From Planctomycetota bacterium (GTDB lineage Bacteria; Planctomycetota; UBA1135): a stretch of 64,000 nucleotides of DNA. Position 1 is the first letter of the stretch. Each line of letters begins with the position of its first letter. Shown here one piece after another: positions 38,684-51,066 of this stretch. Below the pieces are notes generated by a model. That model worked only from the letters and a program-made list of their open reading frames with translations. It was not told the DNA's origin and ran no database searches. The DNA lies in the NCBI GenBank assembly GCA_026421205.1, contig JAPKBM010000001.1, positions 72,272-136,271 of the forward strand, given 5' to 3'. The translations under genes were made by a program, and so were the position numbers.

Positions 38684-39421
38684 TCAAGCAATGAGGTAAA
38701 GGAGTGGGAAAAGGAAGATCCAAATGAGGTCCACTAGGTGCCAATACAAGGCCCCAAAGTCCACAGCATTGAAATTATTCGGCCCAAAATCTCCGCGAGC
38801 ATTTCGCATGAGAAGCCAGGCAATCAAAATCATGCCGAGAAGTACGTGAATGCCATGGAGGCCAGTAAGGCAAAAGTAGATGGCAAAAAACTGGCCGATT
38901 TCATGGCGAAACTCCGGTGTCAGTTTCTGCGCATCACCCCATACAGAACTATGTGCACGAATCTCCGGATGGACATCGTCAAGGTTCGCCTTAAAAACAG
39001 AGTGCTCCGACCCCGACCACAAGAGTCCCTCATGATACTTGTGAGAATACTCCTGGTACTTGATACCCATAAACCCTGCAGCGCACAAAAAAGTGATGAC
39101 AAGATTAATGCCGAGGGCCTTTGTCTGCCCCAACATGGCATTGCGCACCCCCAAGGCGAAGGTAAATGAGCTCAGTAGCAGCACACAGGTATTTAGAAAA
39201 CCAAGTTTGGTGTCCAAAAATTGAGCCGCATAAGCAAAAACTTCCGGGTTGTTATTCCTTAGCGTTGAATAGACTACGAATAATCCGGAAAAGAAAAGAA
39301 CCTCGGTAAGCAGAAAGGTCCAAATGCCAAGTTTTCCCGTCTCAAACTGCTGTGCGGCATCATCGAAATGGTGAGCAACATGTTCGTCATGAACATGTGA
39401 TGTAGCGGAAGATTCAGTCAT
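38684..39421 (-). CDS. ctaE: Cytochrome c oxidase subunit III
   Basis: FLLTEVLFFSGLF, TGLHGIHV, YWHLVDLIWIFLFPLLY. Confidence 0.93.
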   Translation of the reverse strand: MTESSATSHVHDEHVAHHFDDAAQQFETGKLGIWTFLLTEVLFFSGLFVVYSTLRNNNPEVFAYAAQFLDTKLGFLNTCVLLLSSFTFALGVRNAMLGQTKALGINLVITFLCAAGFMGIKYQEYSHKYHEGLLWSGSEHSVFKANLDDVHPEIRAHSSVWGDAQKLTPEFRHEIGQFFAIYFCLTGLHGIHVLLGMILIAWLLMRNARGDFGPNNFNAVDFGALYWHLVDLIWIFLFPLLYLIA

Positions 39422-39436
39422 CAGTATGGCCCCAAA

Positions 39437-41131
39437 TTAGTGTTGTGATTCCGTAGAATCCGCATTAGGAAGTGCAATGTAGGGAAGCCCTGGAACGGGA
39501 CGAGTAGGAACGTATCCCCCTTCGGCCTCATCCCATTTAAAGATAGAAAGGTCATAAGGATCCCCTACGACGGGAGCATCATCAAAGTTATGTGGGTCTG
39601 GAATTGGCGCTGTGTTCCACTCCAAGGTGACGGCACCCCATGGATTCGCTGGGGCTGGCTTGCCCGATCGTATGGAGCGAAGAAAGTTGGCCACAATGAG
39701 CAACATGGAAAATCCCATCAGGAAAGCTCCCACGGTTGAGATTTGATTGTAACCCTCAAAGCGCTCTGCGTAATCAAAATAACGACGAGGCATGCCCTGG
39801 GTACCCGCGATAAATTGCGGAAGAAAAGTAAGATTGAACCCCAAGAAGAGGAGGCTGGCCCCCCACAGAGAAACTTTCTCATTCAGCATCGTGCCGTAAA
39901 ACTTTGGCCACCAATGATGGATGCCGCCAAGGAAGGCCATAATTGCGCTGCCAACCATGACAAAGTGAAAGTGAGAGACAACAAAATAGGTGTCATGCAG
40001 GTGAATGTCGGTTTCTAATGCAGCAAGCCAAAGACCGGTTAACCCGCCAATGCCGAAAAGCCAGATGATCGCCAGCCCATAAATCATGCTGGATGTAAGT
40101 CGAATTGACCCTTTATATAAAGTGGCAATCCAATTGAACACCTTAACTGCAGAAGGAACAGCCACAAAAAATGTGATGGCGCTAAAGAGAACGGAAACCA
40201 AGACAGACTGGCCAGACACATACATATGGTGGCCCCAAACCACAAAGCTCACAACCGCAATAGCCACCGAAGACAGCGCAATGTAGCGATATCCAAAAAT
40301 TGACTTCCGTGAATAGGTAGAAATCAACTCAGACATGACACCCATGGCGGGCAAAAGCATAATGTAGACAGCCGGATGACTGTAAAACCAAAACATATGC
40401 TGAAAGAGAACCGGGTCACCACCAAGCGCGGGGTTAAAAATGCCAATTTCTAACATTCGTTCAACCGCCACGAGAAGTAGGGTAATTCCAATAACCGGAG
40501 TTGCTAAAATTTGAATAATAGAAGTTGCGTAAATGGCCCACAAAAAGAGAGGCATCTTAAACCAAGTCATTCCGGGTGGCCGCATTTTGTGAATGGTGAC
40601 CAAAAAGTTCAATCCAGTGAAAATTGAACTAAAGCCAAGGACAAAAGCACCGAAAACGGCGAAAAGAATTGCCCTGTGTGCGGGACTCTCGCTTGTCGAA
40701 TAGGGCGCATAAAACGTCCATCCGGTATCCAATCCAGTCGCCAACATGGATGCCACAAAGAAAATGGCGCCCATGACATACAAATGATAGCTCATGCGAT
40801 TGAGCTTTGGAAAGGCCACATCTTTTGCTCCAAGCATCAGGGGCAGTACAAAGTTTCCAAGGGCCGCCGGGATACTTGGAATAATGACAAGGAACACCAT
40901 GATGGAGCCATGCAAAGTGAACAGCTGATTAAATGTATCAGCACTCACAAAATCCTCTCCTGGGGAAAATAGCTCGGCCCGAATAAGCATGACAAACGCA
41001 CCGCCAAGAAACATCATCGCAATAATGGACCAAAGGTACATCAAGCCAAGTCGCTTGTGATCCAAGGTCATAAACCAGGATCTGAAGCCCTTGTCACAAT
41101 TTAAGTAATTTACGTTCGAGTCGTGGTTCAT
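39437..41131 (-). CDS. ctaD: Heme-copper oxidase subunit I, type A2
   Basis: [14 protein letters not shown] (YS = A2 type), WGHHM, HFH, MPRRY. Confidence 0.97.
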   Translation of the reverse strand: MNHDSNVNYLNCDKGFRSWFMTLDHKRLGLMYLWSIIAMMFLGGAFVMLIRAELFSPGEDFVSADTFNQLFTLHGSIMVFLVIIPSIPAALGNFVLPLMLGAKDVAFPKLNRMSYHLYVMGAIFFVASMLATGLDTGWTFYAPYSTSESPAHRAILFAVFGAFVLGFSSIFTGLNFLVTIHKMRPPGMTWFKMPLFLWAIYATSIIQILATPVIGITLLLVAVERMLEIGIFNPALGGDPVLFQHMFWFYSHPAVYIMLLPAMGVMSELISTYSRKSIFGYRYIALSSVAIAVVSFVVWGHHMYVSGQSVLVSVLFSAITFFVAVPSAVKVFNWIATLYKGSIRLTSSMIYGLAIIWLFGIGGLTGLWLAALETDIHLHDTYFVVSHFHFVMVGSAIMAFLGGIHHWWPKFYGTMLNEKVSLWGASLLFLGFNLTFLPQFIAGTQGMPRRYFDYAERFEGYNQISTVGAFLMGFSMLLIVANFLRSIRSGKPAPANPWGAVTLEWNTAPIPDPHNFDDAPVVGDPYDLSIFKWDEAEGGYVPTRPVPGLPYIALPNADSTESQH

Positions 41132-41140
41132 CCGTTTTCT

Positions 41141-42118
41141 CTATTGAAGGGATTTGAGGTACTCGACAAGGACCCGCATTTTGTCATCGTCAAGCTGCCC
41201 TTGAAAAGTGGGCATGATCGGTTGAAAGCCATCGGCAATCTTCGCCGTTGGATCAAGAAGGGATTCTCTGACGTAATTGGCATCGAAGGTGACCGAACTA
41301 CCGTCCGAAAGCTTGCGCTCTTGGCCAAACCGGCCGTTCAGGGCTGGCCCAATGCCGGCAACGCCAGCAACACTATGACATGCTGCGCAACCCTTACTGG
41401 CAAAGACGCGTTCGCCGGCCTCGATCGGCGACAACTTAGTCATAAAGTCGCCCGCTTCGGACAACCATGCGTCAAAATCCTCTTGACTATGAACAACTGC
41501 TGTAGTGATCATTGCCGAATGATTTGTTCCACAATATTCCGCACAGTACACATCAAACTCGCCCAGCATGGTTGGGGTAAACCAAAGCTGTTCGTAACGA
41601 CCTGGCACGACATCCATCTTTACCCGAAATGCCGGGACAAAAAGGCTATGGAGTACATCTGATGAGGCCAGGTTAACCCGGACGGCTTTCCCCAAGGGAA
41701 GATGCAGTACGGAAGATTCTGTGCCATCCGGGTAAGTAAAGTTCCAACTCCATTTCCTACCCTGCGCATGGATTTCATAAGCATCGGGCGGAGGAGTTTT
41801 TCTGGCCAGACAGCCCTCAAAGCCCTCCATGAAAATCCAGGCAAGCAGTATGGTCGGCACAACCGTCCAGATGATTTCGATGGTATTGTTATGAACCGGA
41901 GAGGGCTGAGGCTCTGGGCATTTTGTGTGATGATATTTCCAAACGAAATAAAGCGTCGTAAAGACAATAATGGCAAAGAAAAGCCCCGATAAATATAAAA
42001 TCGTAAAGAACAGGCTGTCGCTAGCTATGGCAAGATCAGAGGCAACAGGCGGAAAGAAAAATCCACCCTCGCCATCTTGCTGCTGCAAGATTAGAGGAAG
42101 TAGGGTAGGAAGAATCAT
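41141..42118 (-). CDS. ctaC: Cytochrome c oxidase subunit II with fused cytochrome c (caa3)
   Basis: DVLHS, CAEYCGTNHSAM CuA site, CAACH. Confidence 0.96.
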   Translation of the reverse strand: MILPTLLPLILQQQDGEGGFFFPPVASDLAIASDSLFFTILYLSGLFFAIIVFTTLYFVWKYHHTKCPEPQPSPVHNNTIEIIWTVVPTILLAWIFMEGFEGCLARKTPPPDAYEIHAQGRKWSWNFTYPDGTESSVLHLPLGKAVRVNLASSDVLHSLFVPAFRVKMDVVPGRYEQLWFTPTMLGEFDVYCAEYCGTNHSAMITTAVVHSQEDFDAWLSEAGDFMTKLSPIEAGERVFASKGCAACHSVAGVAGIGPALNGRFGQERKLSDGSSVTFDANYVRESLLDPTAKIADGFQPIMPTFQGQLDDDKMRVLVEYLKSLQ

Positions 42119-42930
42119 GCTAAGTTAAAACGGTTTCGTCGTTGGGTGCGGAAAAAAAGCCCAACACCAAAAAAGACAAGGACGGCACCGGCGATCCGAG
42201 TCAAGGTCATGACTGCGGGCGCATAAGTCCCCGCAGAGGAGTCGTAATAAAAACAGGTCAAAAAAGCCGCGTCCAAATAACTCCCGATGGCGCCTCCTGC
42301 ACTTTCTACAAGAGAAAGCCGAAGAGTATTGGAATCATAAAGCACACCATCAAGGTATCGAGAAACCTGACCCGTTGGAGTCAAAAGGATAAGCGCTGCG
42401 GCATGCGCATAGTCACCGGTCAACTCTACTCTTTTATACCCAAAGCCGACGGATTTCGCCAAAGACTGGATGGAGGCCTCGGAGCCCGTCAAAAACTCCC
42501 AGCCACCGTCGAAGGCGCTCGTGCGACTATATCGGCCAAGCAGTTTATCTCGTAATACATTAAATCTCTGAGGTGTGTCCGTGGGATCAATGCTTACTGT
42601 AATCAGCTGAAATTCGCGGCCAGCCGACCATTCCATGCCATCCAATCCCGCAACGAGGCCATCCAGCTGCAAATTGCACAGCTGAGGACAATTCGCATAA
42701 TTCAAGGTCAAGGCAACAGGCCGACCCGTTTGAAAGAATTGCCCCAGGGAAACCGATTCCCCGGCAGAGTTACGAAACTGGAGGTCCAATGGAACCTGTG
42801 CACCCAGATTTTGTGTAACGCCAACTCCCTGTAGCTGCGGAAGGTCCTCCACAATTTGAGCACCCATTGCAAGCCCGCCCGCCATGAATATAGCAAGGGG
42901 AGGGACAAGAAGAGGGGCGAATTTGTTCAC
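42115..42930 (-). CDS. SCO/SenC copper chaperone
   Basis: CPQLC, SIDP, AH, SRYLDG. Confidence 0.9.
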   Translation of the reverse strand: MNKFAPLLVPPLAIFMAGGLAMGAQIVEDLPQLQGVGVTQNLGAQVPLDLQFRNSAGESVSLGQFFQTGRPVALTLNYANCPQLCNLQLDGLVAGLDGMEWSAGREFQLITVSIDPTDTPQRFNVLRDKLLGRYSRTSAFDGGWEFLTGSEASIQSLAKSVGFGYKRVELTGDYAHAAALILLTPTGQVSRYLDGVLYDSNTLRLSLVESAGGAIGSYLDAAFLTCFYYDSSAGTYAPAVMTLTRIAGAVLVFFGVGLFFRTQRRNRFNLA

Positions 42931-42934
42931 GAAA

Positions 42935-43126
42935 TTATGCGGGTTTGGCCGTCACCACGAACTCAATGGGAGTCACCCCTGCATTGCGAAAATCTCTCTC
43001 CATGCTCCTCTCCTTTGCGTGCGTCAATGCGGCAACGGCGTAACAGAAAGCGAGGGTAAAGAGTAAGCCAATCACAGTTGCAAAGAGCACGTGAGGAACA
43101 CTAGTGTCGTCTGGATGGTGAGCCAT
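42935..43126 (-). CDS. Small single-TM protein between actF and SCO (possible ActG-like)
   Basis: Fills the gap with 9-nt and 4-nt spacers; one TM helix. Confidence 0.55.
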   Translation of the reverse strand: MAHHPDDTSVPHVLFATVIGLLFTLAFCYAVAALTHAKERSMERDFRNAGVTPIEFVVTAKPA

Positions 43127-43135
43127 ATAGTTGTC

Positions 43136-44368
43136 CTAGTAATTTTGAAAGGCGAGGCAATCAGAAATCAAAGGATCCCTGTGTGCAAGTAAGGAATGTT
43201 GTTTGGCCTGCTGTCCGTATTTCCACAAGAAAAGGCCGACAACGCCAATCAATGCAAAAACCTCAACGCCGTTAAACGGCACCGTGTCGGGATACAGGTT
43301 TGGTGCAACCAACCAATAAAGGTCAATGTAATGAACCACAAGAATGTAGAAGGCCCAGAAGCCTAACAATGGCGGCTTTCGCTTAATGTGGCGGGAAAGA
43401 ATTCCAAGGAAAGGGATAAAGAAATGGCCAATTGGCTCAATCCAAGACCAGTTCGTCCATGGTGAGGTAATTCTTATGAGATACCATGCGGTCTCTTCTG
43501 GAATATTTCCGTACCAATACAACATGTATTGAGAAAAAGCAATGTAAGCCCAAAAGATTGTGAAGGCCAGCATTAATTTTCCAAGGTCATGGTAATGCTC
43601 AATCGTAACCATCTTTTTCAAATGACCCTGCCGCTGATAATAGAGCGTACTCAGCACAAGGAAGCAATGAATCGCCAAAAAGCTTGCGCCAAAAAGATAA
43701 ACTCCAAAAATAGTACTAAACCAAGCCGGGTCCGTTGACATCAAAAGGTCAAATGCGGCAAAGCTATAGGTCAACGCCAAGACAATCAGGCAAAGAGCGC
43801 TGCGTGTCCGCATTCGCACGGTCAGCTCATGCTCTCCTGTTTTGTCTTGCTCTATGGACGCGTTTTTAAAGTACCGAGCCATCAATGACCAAATCAGAAA
43901 ATAACCCACAAAGCGCCCAACGAAAAAGTTGACATTTAAAAAGGGAACCTTGGAAGTAATCAGCGCAGCATGATCTCCATGCGGGTGCACCCACGACCAA
44001 AGAAGGCCGCCGAACTCCTCAACTCCCTCATGAGAAAAGAGAGGGACAAGCAACGGTAAGGCTAAAAAAGCAAGGAATGGAATGGTGCCAATCGCAAACT
44101 CTGCCTGACGACGGACCGTAACACTCCACTTCGCACCCGTAATGTGCTGAATCAGCACGAAAAAGAGGCCGCCAACGCCCAGGGTCAAGACAAATGCAAA
44201 TGCAATGAGATAGGACAACCAGAAGTGGCGCATATGGTCCCCTTCGGCTAGGCCAAGACCAATGGCTACGGCAAGGCCGACGACTCCACATAAGAAGCCG
44301 GCTCTCGAAAGGCGGGAAGCCGCCGCAGTGGCGAAATCAGCCGAGTAGGTGGGTGCAGTGTGATTCAA
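43136..44368 (-). CDS. actF: Alternative complex III membrane subunit ActF
   Basis: WSVTVRR, WFSTIFG, HDLGK, FSQYMLYWYGNIPEE. Confidence 0.92.
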   Translation of the reverse strand: MNHTAPTYSADFATAAASRLSRAGFLCGVVGLAVAIGLGLAEGDHMRHFWLSYLIAFAFVLTLGVGGLFFVLIQHITGAKWSVTVRRQAEFAIGTIPFLAFLALPLLVPLFSHEGVEEFGGLLWSWVHPHGDHAALITSKVPFLNVNFFVGRFVGYFLIWSLMARYFKNASIEQDKTGEHELTVRMRTRSALCLIVLALTYSFAAFDLLMSTDPAWFSTIFGVYLFGASFLAIHCFLVLSTLYYQRQGHLKKMVTIEHYHDLGKLMLAFTIFWAYIAFSQYMLYWYGNIPEETAWYLIRITSPWTNWSWIEPIGHFFIPFLGILSRHIKRKPPLLGFWAFYILVVHYIDLYWLVAPNLYPDTVPFNGVEVFALIGVVGLFLWKYGQQAKQHSLLAHRDPLISDCLAFQNY

Positions 44369-44380
44369 CAGAGGTAGTTC

Positions 44381-45526
44381 CTACAGACTCTCCTTAAGGT
44401 ACTGAACAATGGCCCAGCGGTCCGCCGCAGGGATTTGACTGGAGTAGCTTGGCATATTTCGAATGCCATTCGAGATGGACTCAAACAATTGCCCTGGAGC
44501 CTGCTGCTTGATTGCATCCGTACGGAGATCCGTCGGCCCAACCCAGGTTTTTGACAAAAGTTCTTGTGCCCGAAGATGGACCGTGCCTTGCCCGGAGCCA
44601 TTCACGGCATGGCACGCGGAACAGTAGATTCCAAAGCGAGCCCTACCCCGGTCTTCAAATTCTGGCGTGACGTCCATGGGAATTGAGGAGAGGTAAGCGC
44701 CATTTTCTTTGCCCGTCCAAAAACCAACTTGCTCACCGATTAACCGGTCATCCTCTTGGGCATAAGTTCCGGAAATCGGGAGCCGCATTGCTTGACCATC
44801 GGCAAAAAAGTCACTGGCTTCTTGCCCGCGGTGGGTCACCTGTGTATCCATGTTTGGAACAATGTGAACGCGCGGCTGCGTGGATTTTGTAAACCGAGCA
44901 TTGGCAATCATTGCCGGGGGCAGCAGCAATAGAGTGAGCGCAATGCCAAGCATGCCCTTCAACCTCAACGGAATTTTTCCGTCTTCGATAGGCGCCTCAA
45001 TCATTTCGATCGTGTTTGGCGAAAGGCTCTCTAGCAATTTCCGAGTCTCCTCTCCAAACAAGTCATCCCTTGCGTCAATCGCCAAAACAAAGCGATCATC
45101 CGTAGCTCTCGTAAAGCACTTTGCCCGAAAGAGCGGGCTATACCAGCGTGGAAATCCATTAAGAATCCACATGGAAAAGAAAGCCGTGAGCGCCGCGAAC
45201 AAAATAGTCATCTCGAATGCCACCGGAATGTTTGCGGGAAGACTCCAGTCAGGCTTTCCGGAAATACGGAAAACATAGTCATGAGCATTCGTCCACCACT
45301 GCAACAAGATTCCCCCAGAACACCCCGCAAAACCCATCACTAAAACGAGCCATGGCAAACGTGTTTGACGAATTCCCATCGCACCATCCAATCCGTGAAC
45401 TGGAAATGGCGTGTGGCAGTCCCATTTCCGATACCCTTCCTGCTTAACCTTTTCCGCTGCATGAAGGATGCCGTCGACGGAATCAAACTCTGCCAGGATG
45501 CCGTGAATGGATGTTTGATTAGTCAT
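44381..45526 (-). CDS. actDE: ACIII ActD-ActE fusion (DUF3341 + monoheme cytochrome c)
   Basis: [18 protein letters not shown]; PNMD, CSACH, MPSY, DRWAIV. Confidence 0.88.
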   Translation of the reverse strand: MTNQTSIHGILAEFDSVDGILHAAEKVKQEGYRKWDCHTPFPVHGLDGAMGIRQTRLPWLVLVMGFAGCSGGILLQWWTNAHDYVFRISGKPDWSLPANIPVAFEMTILFAALTAFFSMWILNGFPRWYSPLFRAKCFTRATDDRFVLAIDARDDLFGEETRKLLESLSPNTIEMIEAPIEDGKIPLRLKGMLGIALTLLLLPPAMIANARFTKSTQPRVHIVPNMDTQVTHRGQEASDFFADGQAMRLPISGTYAQEDDRLIGEQVGFWTGKENGAYLSSIPMDVTPEFEDRGRARFGIYCSACHAVNGSGQGTVHLRAQELLSKTWVGPTDLRTDAIKQQAPGQLFESISNGIRNMPSYSSQIPAADRWAIVQYLKESL

Positions 45527-46940
45527 GGTTAACCTCCCCGTGATTGCCATGGGGATGAGCCGAAGGCATGACGTTCTTCACTTCCGAGATCGCCACTTGC
45601 GGCAACCAACGGCAGAAGAGCAAGAACAAGGTAAAGAAAAGACCGAAGCTTCCTGCAAGTGTCAATATATCCACAATAGTTGGACTAAAATAATTCCAGC
45701 TTGAGGGGAGGAAGTCTCGATTCAAAGACGTCACTGTAATGACAAAGCGCTCAAACCACATGCCAATATTGACAAAGATAGAAATCACAAAAATGAGGGG
45801 GATGCATCGCCGTGCTCGCTTAAACCAAAAAATTTGTGGGGAAATCACATTGCAACTTACCATTGTCCAATAAGCCCAAGCATAGGGGCCAAAAGCACGG
45901 TTAACAAAAGTAAAGCCTTCGTACCGATTTCCCGAATACCAGGCCATAAAGAATTCCATCGCATACGCATATCCAACCAACATGCCGGTACACATAATCA
46001 CCTTACACATCAACTCAATGTGCCGCATCGTGATAATATGCTTAAAGCCAAAGAGGGCGCGAGCAGGGATAGACAAAGTTAAAACCATTGCAAACCCAGA
46101 AAAAATGGCTCCGGCTACAAAATATGGCGGGAAAATCGTCGTGTGCCAACCAGGAATTTGTGCCACCGCGAAGTCAAAGGACACAACCGAGTGAACCGAC
46201 AGCACCAGCGGAGTAGCCAGCGCAGCAAGAAGCAAATAGGCGCGTTCATAGCGATGCCAGTGACGATTCGAGCCATTCCACCCTAAGGCGAAAATACCAT
46301 AAAGGAATTGGCGCAGTTTAGTTTTTGCGCGATCACGCTGTGTCGCCAAGTCAGGCACCATGCCCATGTACCAGAACAATAAAGACACCGTAAAATAAGT
46401 GCCGACTGCGAAAACGTCCCAAAGCAAAGGTGAGCGGAAGTTCGGCCACATGTCCATTTGGTTTGGAATTGGGAACACCCAATAAATTACCCAAACGCGT
46501 CCCACGTGGATCGCCGGGAAAAGACCCGCGCAACACACTGCGAAAATAGTCATTGCTTCGGAAAATCGGTTAATTCCTGTTCTCCATCCTTGGCGGAACA
46601 AATACAAAACAGCCGAAATCAACGTACCCGCGTGACCAATGCCAACCCAAAATACAAAGTTAACAATAGGAAAACCCCAAGCAACCGGCTGGTTATTCCC
46701 CCATACCCCAACACCGGTGGTGAAGAGGTGAAAAATCATGGCGCCGAGCACGCCAAGAAAACAGAGGGCAAGAGTAAAAAGCACGTACCAAGACCGAGGC
46801 ATCCTGTCGGCCTCTGCAATGCTACAAACCGACTCCGTGATGTCATGAAACGTCTCTGCGTTTTGAACCAGCGCAGGAGGCTCAAGCAAGTTGTCTAGTT
46901 GGCTATCAGACAACTCATTGACATTGGCATATTTAGCCAT
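45519..46940 (-). CDS. actC: ACIII quinol-oxidising NrfD-family subunit
   Basis: [42 protein letters not shown]. Confidence 0.95.
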   Translation of the reverse strand: MAKYANVNELSDSQLDNLLEPPALVQNAETFHDITESVCSIAEADRMPRSWYVLFTLALCFLGVLGAMIFHLFTTGVGVWGNNQPVAWGFPIVNFVFWVGIGHAGTLISAVLYLFRQGWRTGINRFSEAMTIFAVCCAGLFPAIHVGRVWVIYWVFPIPNQMDMWPNFRSPLLWDVFAVGTYFTVSLLFWYMGMVPDLATQRDRAKTKLRQFLYGIFALGWNGSNRHWHRYERAYLLLAALATPLVLSVHSVVSFDFAVAQIPGWHTTIFPPYFVAGAIFSGFAMVLTLSIPARALFGFKHIITMRHIELMCKVIMCTGMLVGYAYAMEFFMAWYSGNRYEGFTFVNRAFGPYAWAYWTMVSCNVISPQIFWFKRARRCIPLIFVISIFVNIGMWFERFVITVTSLNRDFLPSSWNYFSPTIVDILTLAGSFGLFFTLFLLFCRWLPQVAISEVKNVMPSAHPHGNHGEVNHD

Positions 46941-49900
46941 GGCGTACCTCCCCCGCACCCTGGGAATCATGCGCCGCAAGAGAGGGGTGAGGATTACGGA
47001 TCCGTGCCAAGAAAGCAGTCCTCGGTTTATTATTTAATTCACCAAGCATGGCGTAGGCCCGATCATTGTCGTGGGCTATCCGCACCTTGCTGGTCTTGTC
47101 ATTCAAATCACCGAACTGAATAGCATTGGATGGGCAAACCTGAGCACAGGCTGGGGTAATGTCACCGTCTTGAATCTTTTGTTCATGAGTATGAGCCTCA
47201 ATGCGGGCACTTTGAATACGTTGGACACAGTAAGTGCATTTTTCCATGACACCGCGCGAGCGCACTGTCACGTCAGGGTTTTTCACCAACTTCAATACTT
47301 CGGAACCGGTCTCTTCAAGGTCAAGGTTACAGTTGAAGTAATTAAATCGACGCACTTTGTAAGGGCAATTATTAGAACAATAGCGCGTGCCGATACAGCG
47401 GTTGTACACCATGTCATTCAAGCCTTCGCTCGTGTGTGTGGTTGCTGCAACAGGACAAACCTGCTCACAAGGAGCCATTTCGCACTGCTGACAAGACACT
47501 GGCTGGTGCACCGCTTCGGCTTCATCCGGGTCAGACCCCGTGAAATAGCGGTCCATTCGAATCCAAGCCATTTCGCGGCCGCGAAATACCTCATCCTTAC
47601 CGACCACCGGGATATTGTTTTCGGACTGGCAAGCAATTGTGCAGGCAGAGCAACCGGTACAAGTAGACAGGTCAATTGACATACCCCAGCGGTAGCCTTC
47701 GTATTTATGCTCCTCCCACAATGATTTCAGCGGAGGGTGGTGAACAACGTGTTGAGCAAAATCAGGTTGCTGCTCCCACTCATCTAAATCTCCGCCTCGG
47801 ACCAAGTCGCCCAATCGATCTGCACGACCCTCCATGCCAATCTCATCAATAATGTGGTGGTCTTGCGTGGAAACCAGAGTGTAAGTCTCACCCGTACCTT
47901 GAACCGACGCAAGGGAAAACCCTAATGCCTCAGAGCCACGCAAGAGGAAAACATTAAAACCCGTTGGCGTTACGCGATCCGCAACTAAGCCAGCGACATG
48001 GCCGGCATCCGTACGGCCATAGCCCATAGGTAGAGTGGCGCATCCTTGTGCATGACCAGGCATCACATAAACCGCCATTTCAATACTACGGTCATCAATG
48101 GCGAACTTTGCCATGGAGCCGGTTGTCAAACCAAGCGCGCTTGCCGTGGACGGCGCCATCAATGCTGCGTTGTCCCAGGTCAACTTCGTCATTGGGTCCG
48201 GCAACTCTTGAAGCCAGCCACTATTTGCAAAGCGGCCGTCAAAAACGCTTGGGTCGCTGGCAAAAGTGACCTCGATAGAATCCGATGCCTGCCAGATATT
48301 GAGCTCCATTTTCGGCAGAGGCAGCGGTGCGGAAGTGCCCCGCAAAGTTTCTAGGCTAGATCCGGCAACAAAACCCGCCTGTACCGTCTTGCGCCATTCC
48401 GTTTCTCCACCTAAGCCGGCGTCGGACCAGGCTTGGTGCACCCAAGCTTCTCCAGACGTTTCACCGCCCATAACAAGGCCGAGTAATTCTGTCGCGGAGC
48501 GCCCGCTCCAAAGCGGCTCCATGGTTGGCTGGGCCAAAGTCCATGTGCCGTTCCAAGAAAGACTGTCATTCCAACACTCCAAGAAATGAGCTTGGGGTAA
48601 ATGCCAGGTGGACACAACACCAGTTTCATCTAAATAATGACCGAGGTGAATGCGATTTTTCACTTTTCCGTAAGCGGCCGCGAAATTCAAATCTGCCGGC
48701 ATGTCATAAACAGGATTTCCGCCAAGGGTGATCAAGGTCTGAACACTCCCTTGCCTCATGCGAGCGACTAACTCCGTGGAAGCGGAAAGGTTGGCTGTTG
48801 GAATCCGAGAGACATCGGCATACGTCACGGTCTTCCCCACAGAACCCAATAGAACGTTCAGGCGATGGGCCCTAGCAATCACTTCGGCAGGTTGATGCGC
48901 ACCGACCGCTACTAAAGATTTGCCCTTTGCCTGGAGTAAATCCTGCGCCAACGCCTTAAGCAGTGCTTTTACCTTGTCCTTAGCAAGGAAACCGCCCTGC
49001 GGCGGATTCTTCATCAATTGACGCGCCTCGGGAATTTTTATGCCCCCCTTCTTGAGTAGCTCTGCTTCTAGGGCAACTAAGAAGGCGCCAATCTGACCTG
49101 AGCGCAATGCAAAACGATGATCAGCGAGCGCACCCGTAAGAGAGTGATTCGCCTCAACCACCCAAAGTCGGTTCATCGGCCCGTCTTCAGGCTTTCGCCG
49201 TGTCGCGAAATCCCGAGAGTGGCGAACGGCATTGGGGTGCGTCCCCATGAGGTCATCCTCAAGGGAAAGGATGACGTCGGCTTTATCTAAGTCATAAATT
49301 CCACGGGCAGCCTTGCCAAAGACCCTTTCTGTGCCCATGGCTTCCGCTTGATATGAACAGGCTTCCCAGTCCACCCAAAGCGCTTTAGGGAAAGTCTTTT
49401 GGAACTGCCGACGCGCACGCAGAAAAGACGGAGATGATGTGATTGGGGCCACAATGGCCAGGCCTTCGCCTTGCGTGGCGGAAAGGCGCGCAAATTCAAT
49501 CTTGGAAAATGCGGAAAAACTCTTCCAGCTCGAAGGGGTTTCCTTGTCTCCCTCTAATGCGAGGACACCACGTGACCGATCTGGATCATACAAGCCAAGA
49601 GTGCCTGCTTGCGCCCAAGAATTCGTCGCCCCCAAACTAGAGGGGTGGGCCTGGTTGCCCTCAATTTTGGTGGGACGGCCGTCATAACTGGTAACCGTCA
49701 AGGCCTGACCAACCCCGGTGACTTCCATTGACGTGGAATAGTGCCGAGGCTTACCCGGAACCCAGCCTTCCGGCCGATCCGCAAAAGGCATTAAGGTTTC
49801 CTTCTGCCAACGGCAACTTGAAGCCGTACCCAGGGCAACAGAAGCGCCCATTAATTGCAAAAAACGACGACGACTCGTGTCGGACCACTCGCCATCAGGG

Positions 49901-50010
49901 CCAGCGGGAAATTCTTTGGCAACCATTTCCTGGAATTCCGGCGTTTCCTCAAGATGATCAAGGCTTCGCCAATAGTGTTTGGTCGATTCGGAGCGATTTA
50001 ACGATGACAT
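46933..50010 (-). CDS. actB: ACIII ActB (molybdopterin-oxidoreductase-like + Fe-S domains)
   Basis: [17 protein letters not shown] Tat signal; [37 protein letters not shown]. Confidence 0.95.
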   Translation of the reverse strand: MSSLNRSESTKHYWRSLDHLEETPEFQEMVAKEFPAGPDGEWSDTSRRRFLQLMGASVALGTASSCRWQKETLMPFADRPEGWVPGKPRHYSTSMEVTGVGQALTVTSYDGRPTKIEGNQAHPSSLGATNSWAQAGTLGLYDPDRSRGVLALEGDKETPSSWKSFSAFSKIEFARLSATQGEGLAIVAPITSSPSFLRARRQFQKTFPKALWVDWEACSYQAEAMGTERVFGKAARGIYDLDKADVILSLEDDLMGTHPNAVRHSRDFATRRKPEDGPMNRLWVVEANHSLTGALADHRFALRSGQIGAFLVALEAELLKKGGIKIPEARQLMKNPPQGGFLAKDKVKALLKALAQDLLQAKGKSLVAVGAHQPAEVIARAHRLNVLLGSVGKTVTYADVSRIPTANLSASTELVARMRQGSVQTLITLGGNPVYDMPADLNFAAAYGKVKNRIHLGHYLDETGVVSTWHLPQAHFLECWNDSLSWNGTWTLAQPTMEPLWSGRSATELLGLVMGGETSGEAWVHQAWSDAGLGGETEWRKTVQAGFVAGSSLETLRGTSAPLPLPKMELNIWQASDSIEVTFASDPSVFDGRFANSGWLQELPDPMTKLTWDNAALMAPSTASALGLTTGSMAKFAIDDRSIEMAVYVMPGHAQGCATLPMGYGRTDAGHVAGLVADRVTPTGFNVFLLRGSEALGFSLASVQGTGETYTLVSTQDHHIIDEIGMEGRADRLGDLVRGGDLDEWEQQPDFAQHVVHHPPLKSLWEEHKYEGYRWGMSIDLSTCTGCSACTIACQSENNIPVVGKDEVFRGREMAWIRMDRYFTGSDPDEAEAVHQPVSCQQCEMAPCEQVCPVAATTHTSEGLNDMVYNRCIGTRYCSNNCPYKVRRFNYFNCNLDLEETGSEVLKLVKNPDVTVRSRGVMEKCTYCVQRIQSARIEAHTHEQKIQDGDITPACAQVCPSNAIQFGDLNDKTSKVRIAHDNDRAYAMLGELNNKPRTAFLARIRNPHPSLAAHDSQGAGEVRHG

Positions 50011-50657
50011 GTGGAACAATCCTGTCGCGGGTGAATGTTGTTAACTTCTCGAAGTTTTGCGCCCAACTCTTCTCGGTCTATCTCGGAAGTCCAAGACATA
50101 TTTGTGACTTCATCAACTGGGCGAAGGTGTGACTCAGGGCTTCTATGGCAATCAAGGCACCAACCCATGGAAAGGGGAGCGACTTGCTCAACGACATCCA
50201 TTTGGTCCACTCGGCCATGGCACTCCACGCAACTCACTCCCTTGGTCACATGCGCGCTATGGTCAAAATAGGCATAATCCGGTAAATCATGAACCCGAAC
50301 CCATGGAATGGACTGCCCTGTTTTTGCACTTTCTCTCACCTTTTCTAATCTGGGGCTCTCCGTATGAATACGATCATGGCAATTCATACAAGTCTTCGTA
50401 GGGGGAATGGACGCCTGGGCCGACTCCTCCACCGTCGTATGACAATAACGGCAATCCATTTTTAGATCGCCCGCATGCAGTTTGTGGCTAAACGGTACGG
50501 GCTGCTCTGGTGCATAGCCAACATTAAGGGTTTCCGGCGAGGCGCCATACAAAACAATCCCCGTGAGATATACCGGGCCAGCAAGGGCAACAACCGCAAG
50601 CAATGGACGAATCTTATTCGACCAACGAGGAAAATGGTACTGGCTCATTGAAGTCAA
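49998..50657 (-). CDS. actA: ACIII pentaheme cytochrome c
   Basis: PEQPVPFSH; five CxxCH (CRYCH, CMNCH, CVECH, CLDCH, CSTCH); start may be ATG 50648. Confidence 0.95.
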   Translation of the reverse strand: MTSMSQYHFPRWSNKIRPLLAVVALAGPVYLTGIVLYGASPETLNVGYAPEQPVPFSHKLHAGDLKMDCRYCHTTVEESAQASIPPTKTCMNCHDRIHTESPRLEKVRESAKTGQSIPWVRVHDLPDYAYFDHSAHVTKGVSCVECHGRVDQMDVVEQVAPLSMGWCLDCHRSPESHLRPVDEVTNMSWTSEIDREELGAKLREVNNIHPRQDCSTCHR

Positions 50658-50817
50658 CCATCTCCTTACTGAGCAAATGCCAGTACGAAAATGGTTTTTT
50701 TGGGAGGGGGGACCTGAGGCCAGTTTGGTGAAGTAAAAGCACTCCTTAACTGACAGCCGAGTAGTTTAGCGAAGCCCGAGAATCAGTGCCCATTCTGAGA
50801 AGAACGGCGGCGTCTCA

Positions 50818-51066
50818 TCAAGAAATATATTGCTCAAGAAAACCTGCTGCGCCGCATGATCGAAGCCGAGAAAGGGCCTTGGACTGAATCTGCCTGACTC
50901 GCTCCAGACTCACACCCAAAATAGTTCCAACTTCCGCTAGTGTCTTGCCTCTCTCGCCCTTGAGACCAAATCGGAGGAGGAGGACCTCTTTCTCCCTATC
51001 ACTCAGGCCTTCCAAGGCAGCCCCCAGGAGAGCCACAAATCCTTCGGCCTCCTCTTCAAGGTGCAC
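50818..51066 (-). CDS. Stand-alone sigma-70 region 4 HTH protein, or sigma-factor remnant
   Basis: LSDREKEVLLLRFGL..KTLAEVG..LGVSLERVRQIQSKALSRLR; no regions 2-3. Confidence 0.65.
   Translation of the reverse strand: MHLEEEAEGFVALLGAALEGLSDREKEVLLLRFGLKGERGKTLAEVGTILGVSLERVRQIQSKALSRLRSCGAAGFLEQYIS

Noticed and set aside
50658-50817. Possible Rex/FNR site or riboswitch upstream of actA
   Set aside because: Only a TTCAC half-site; no palindrome or recognisable RNA motif
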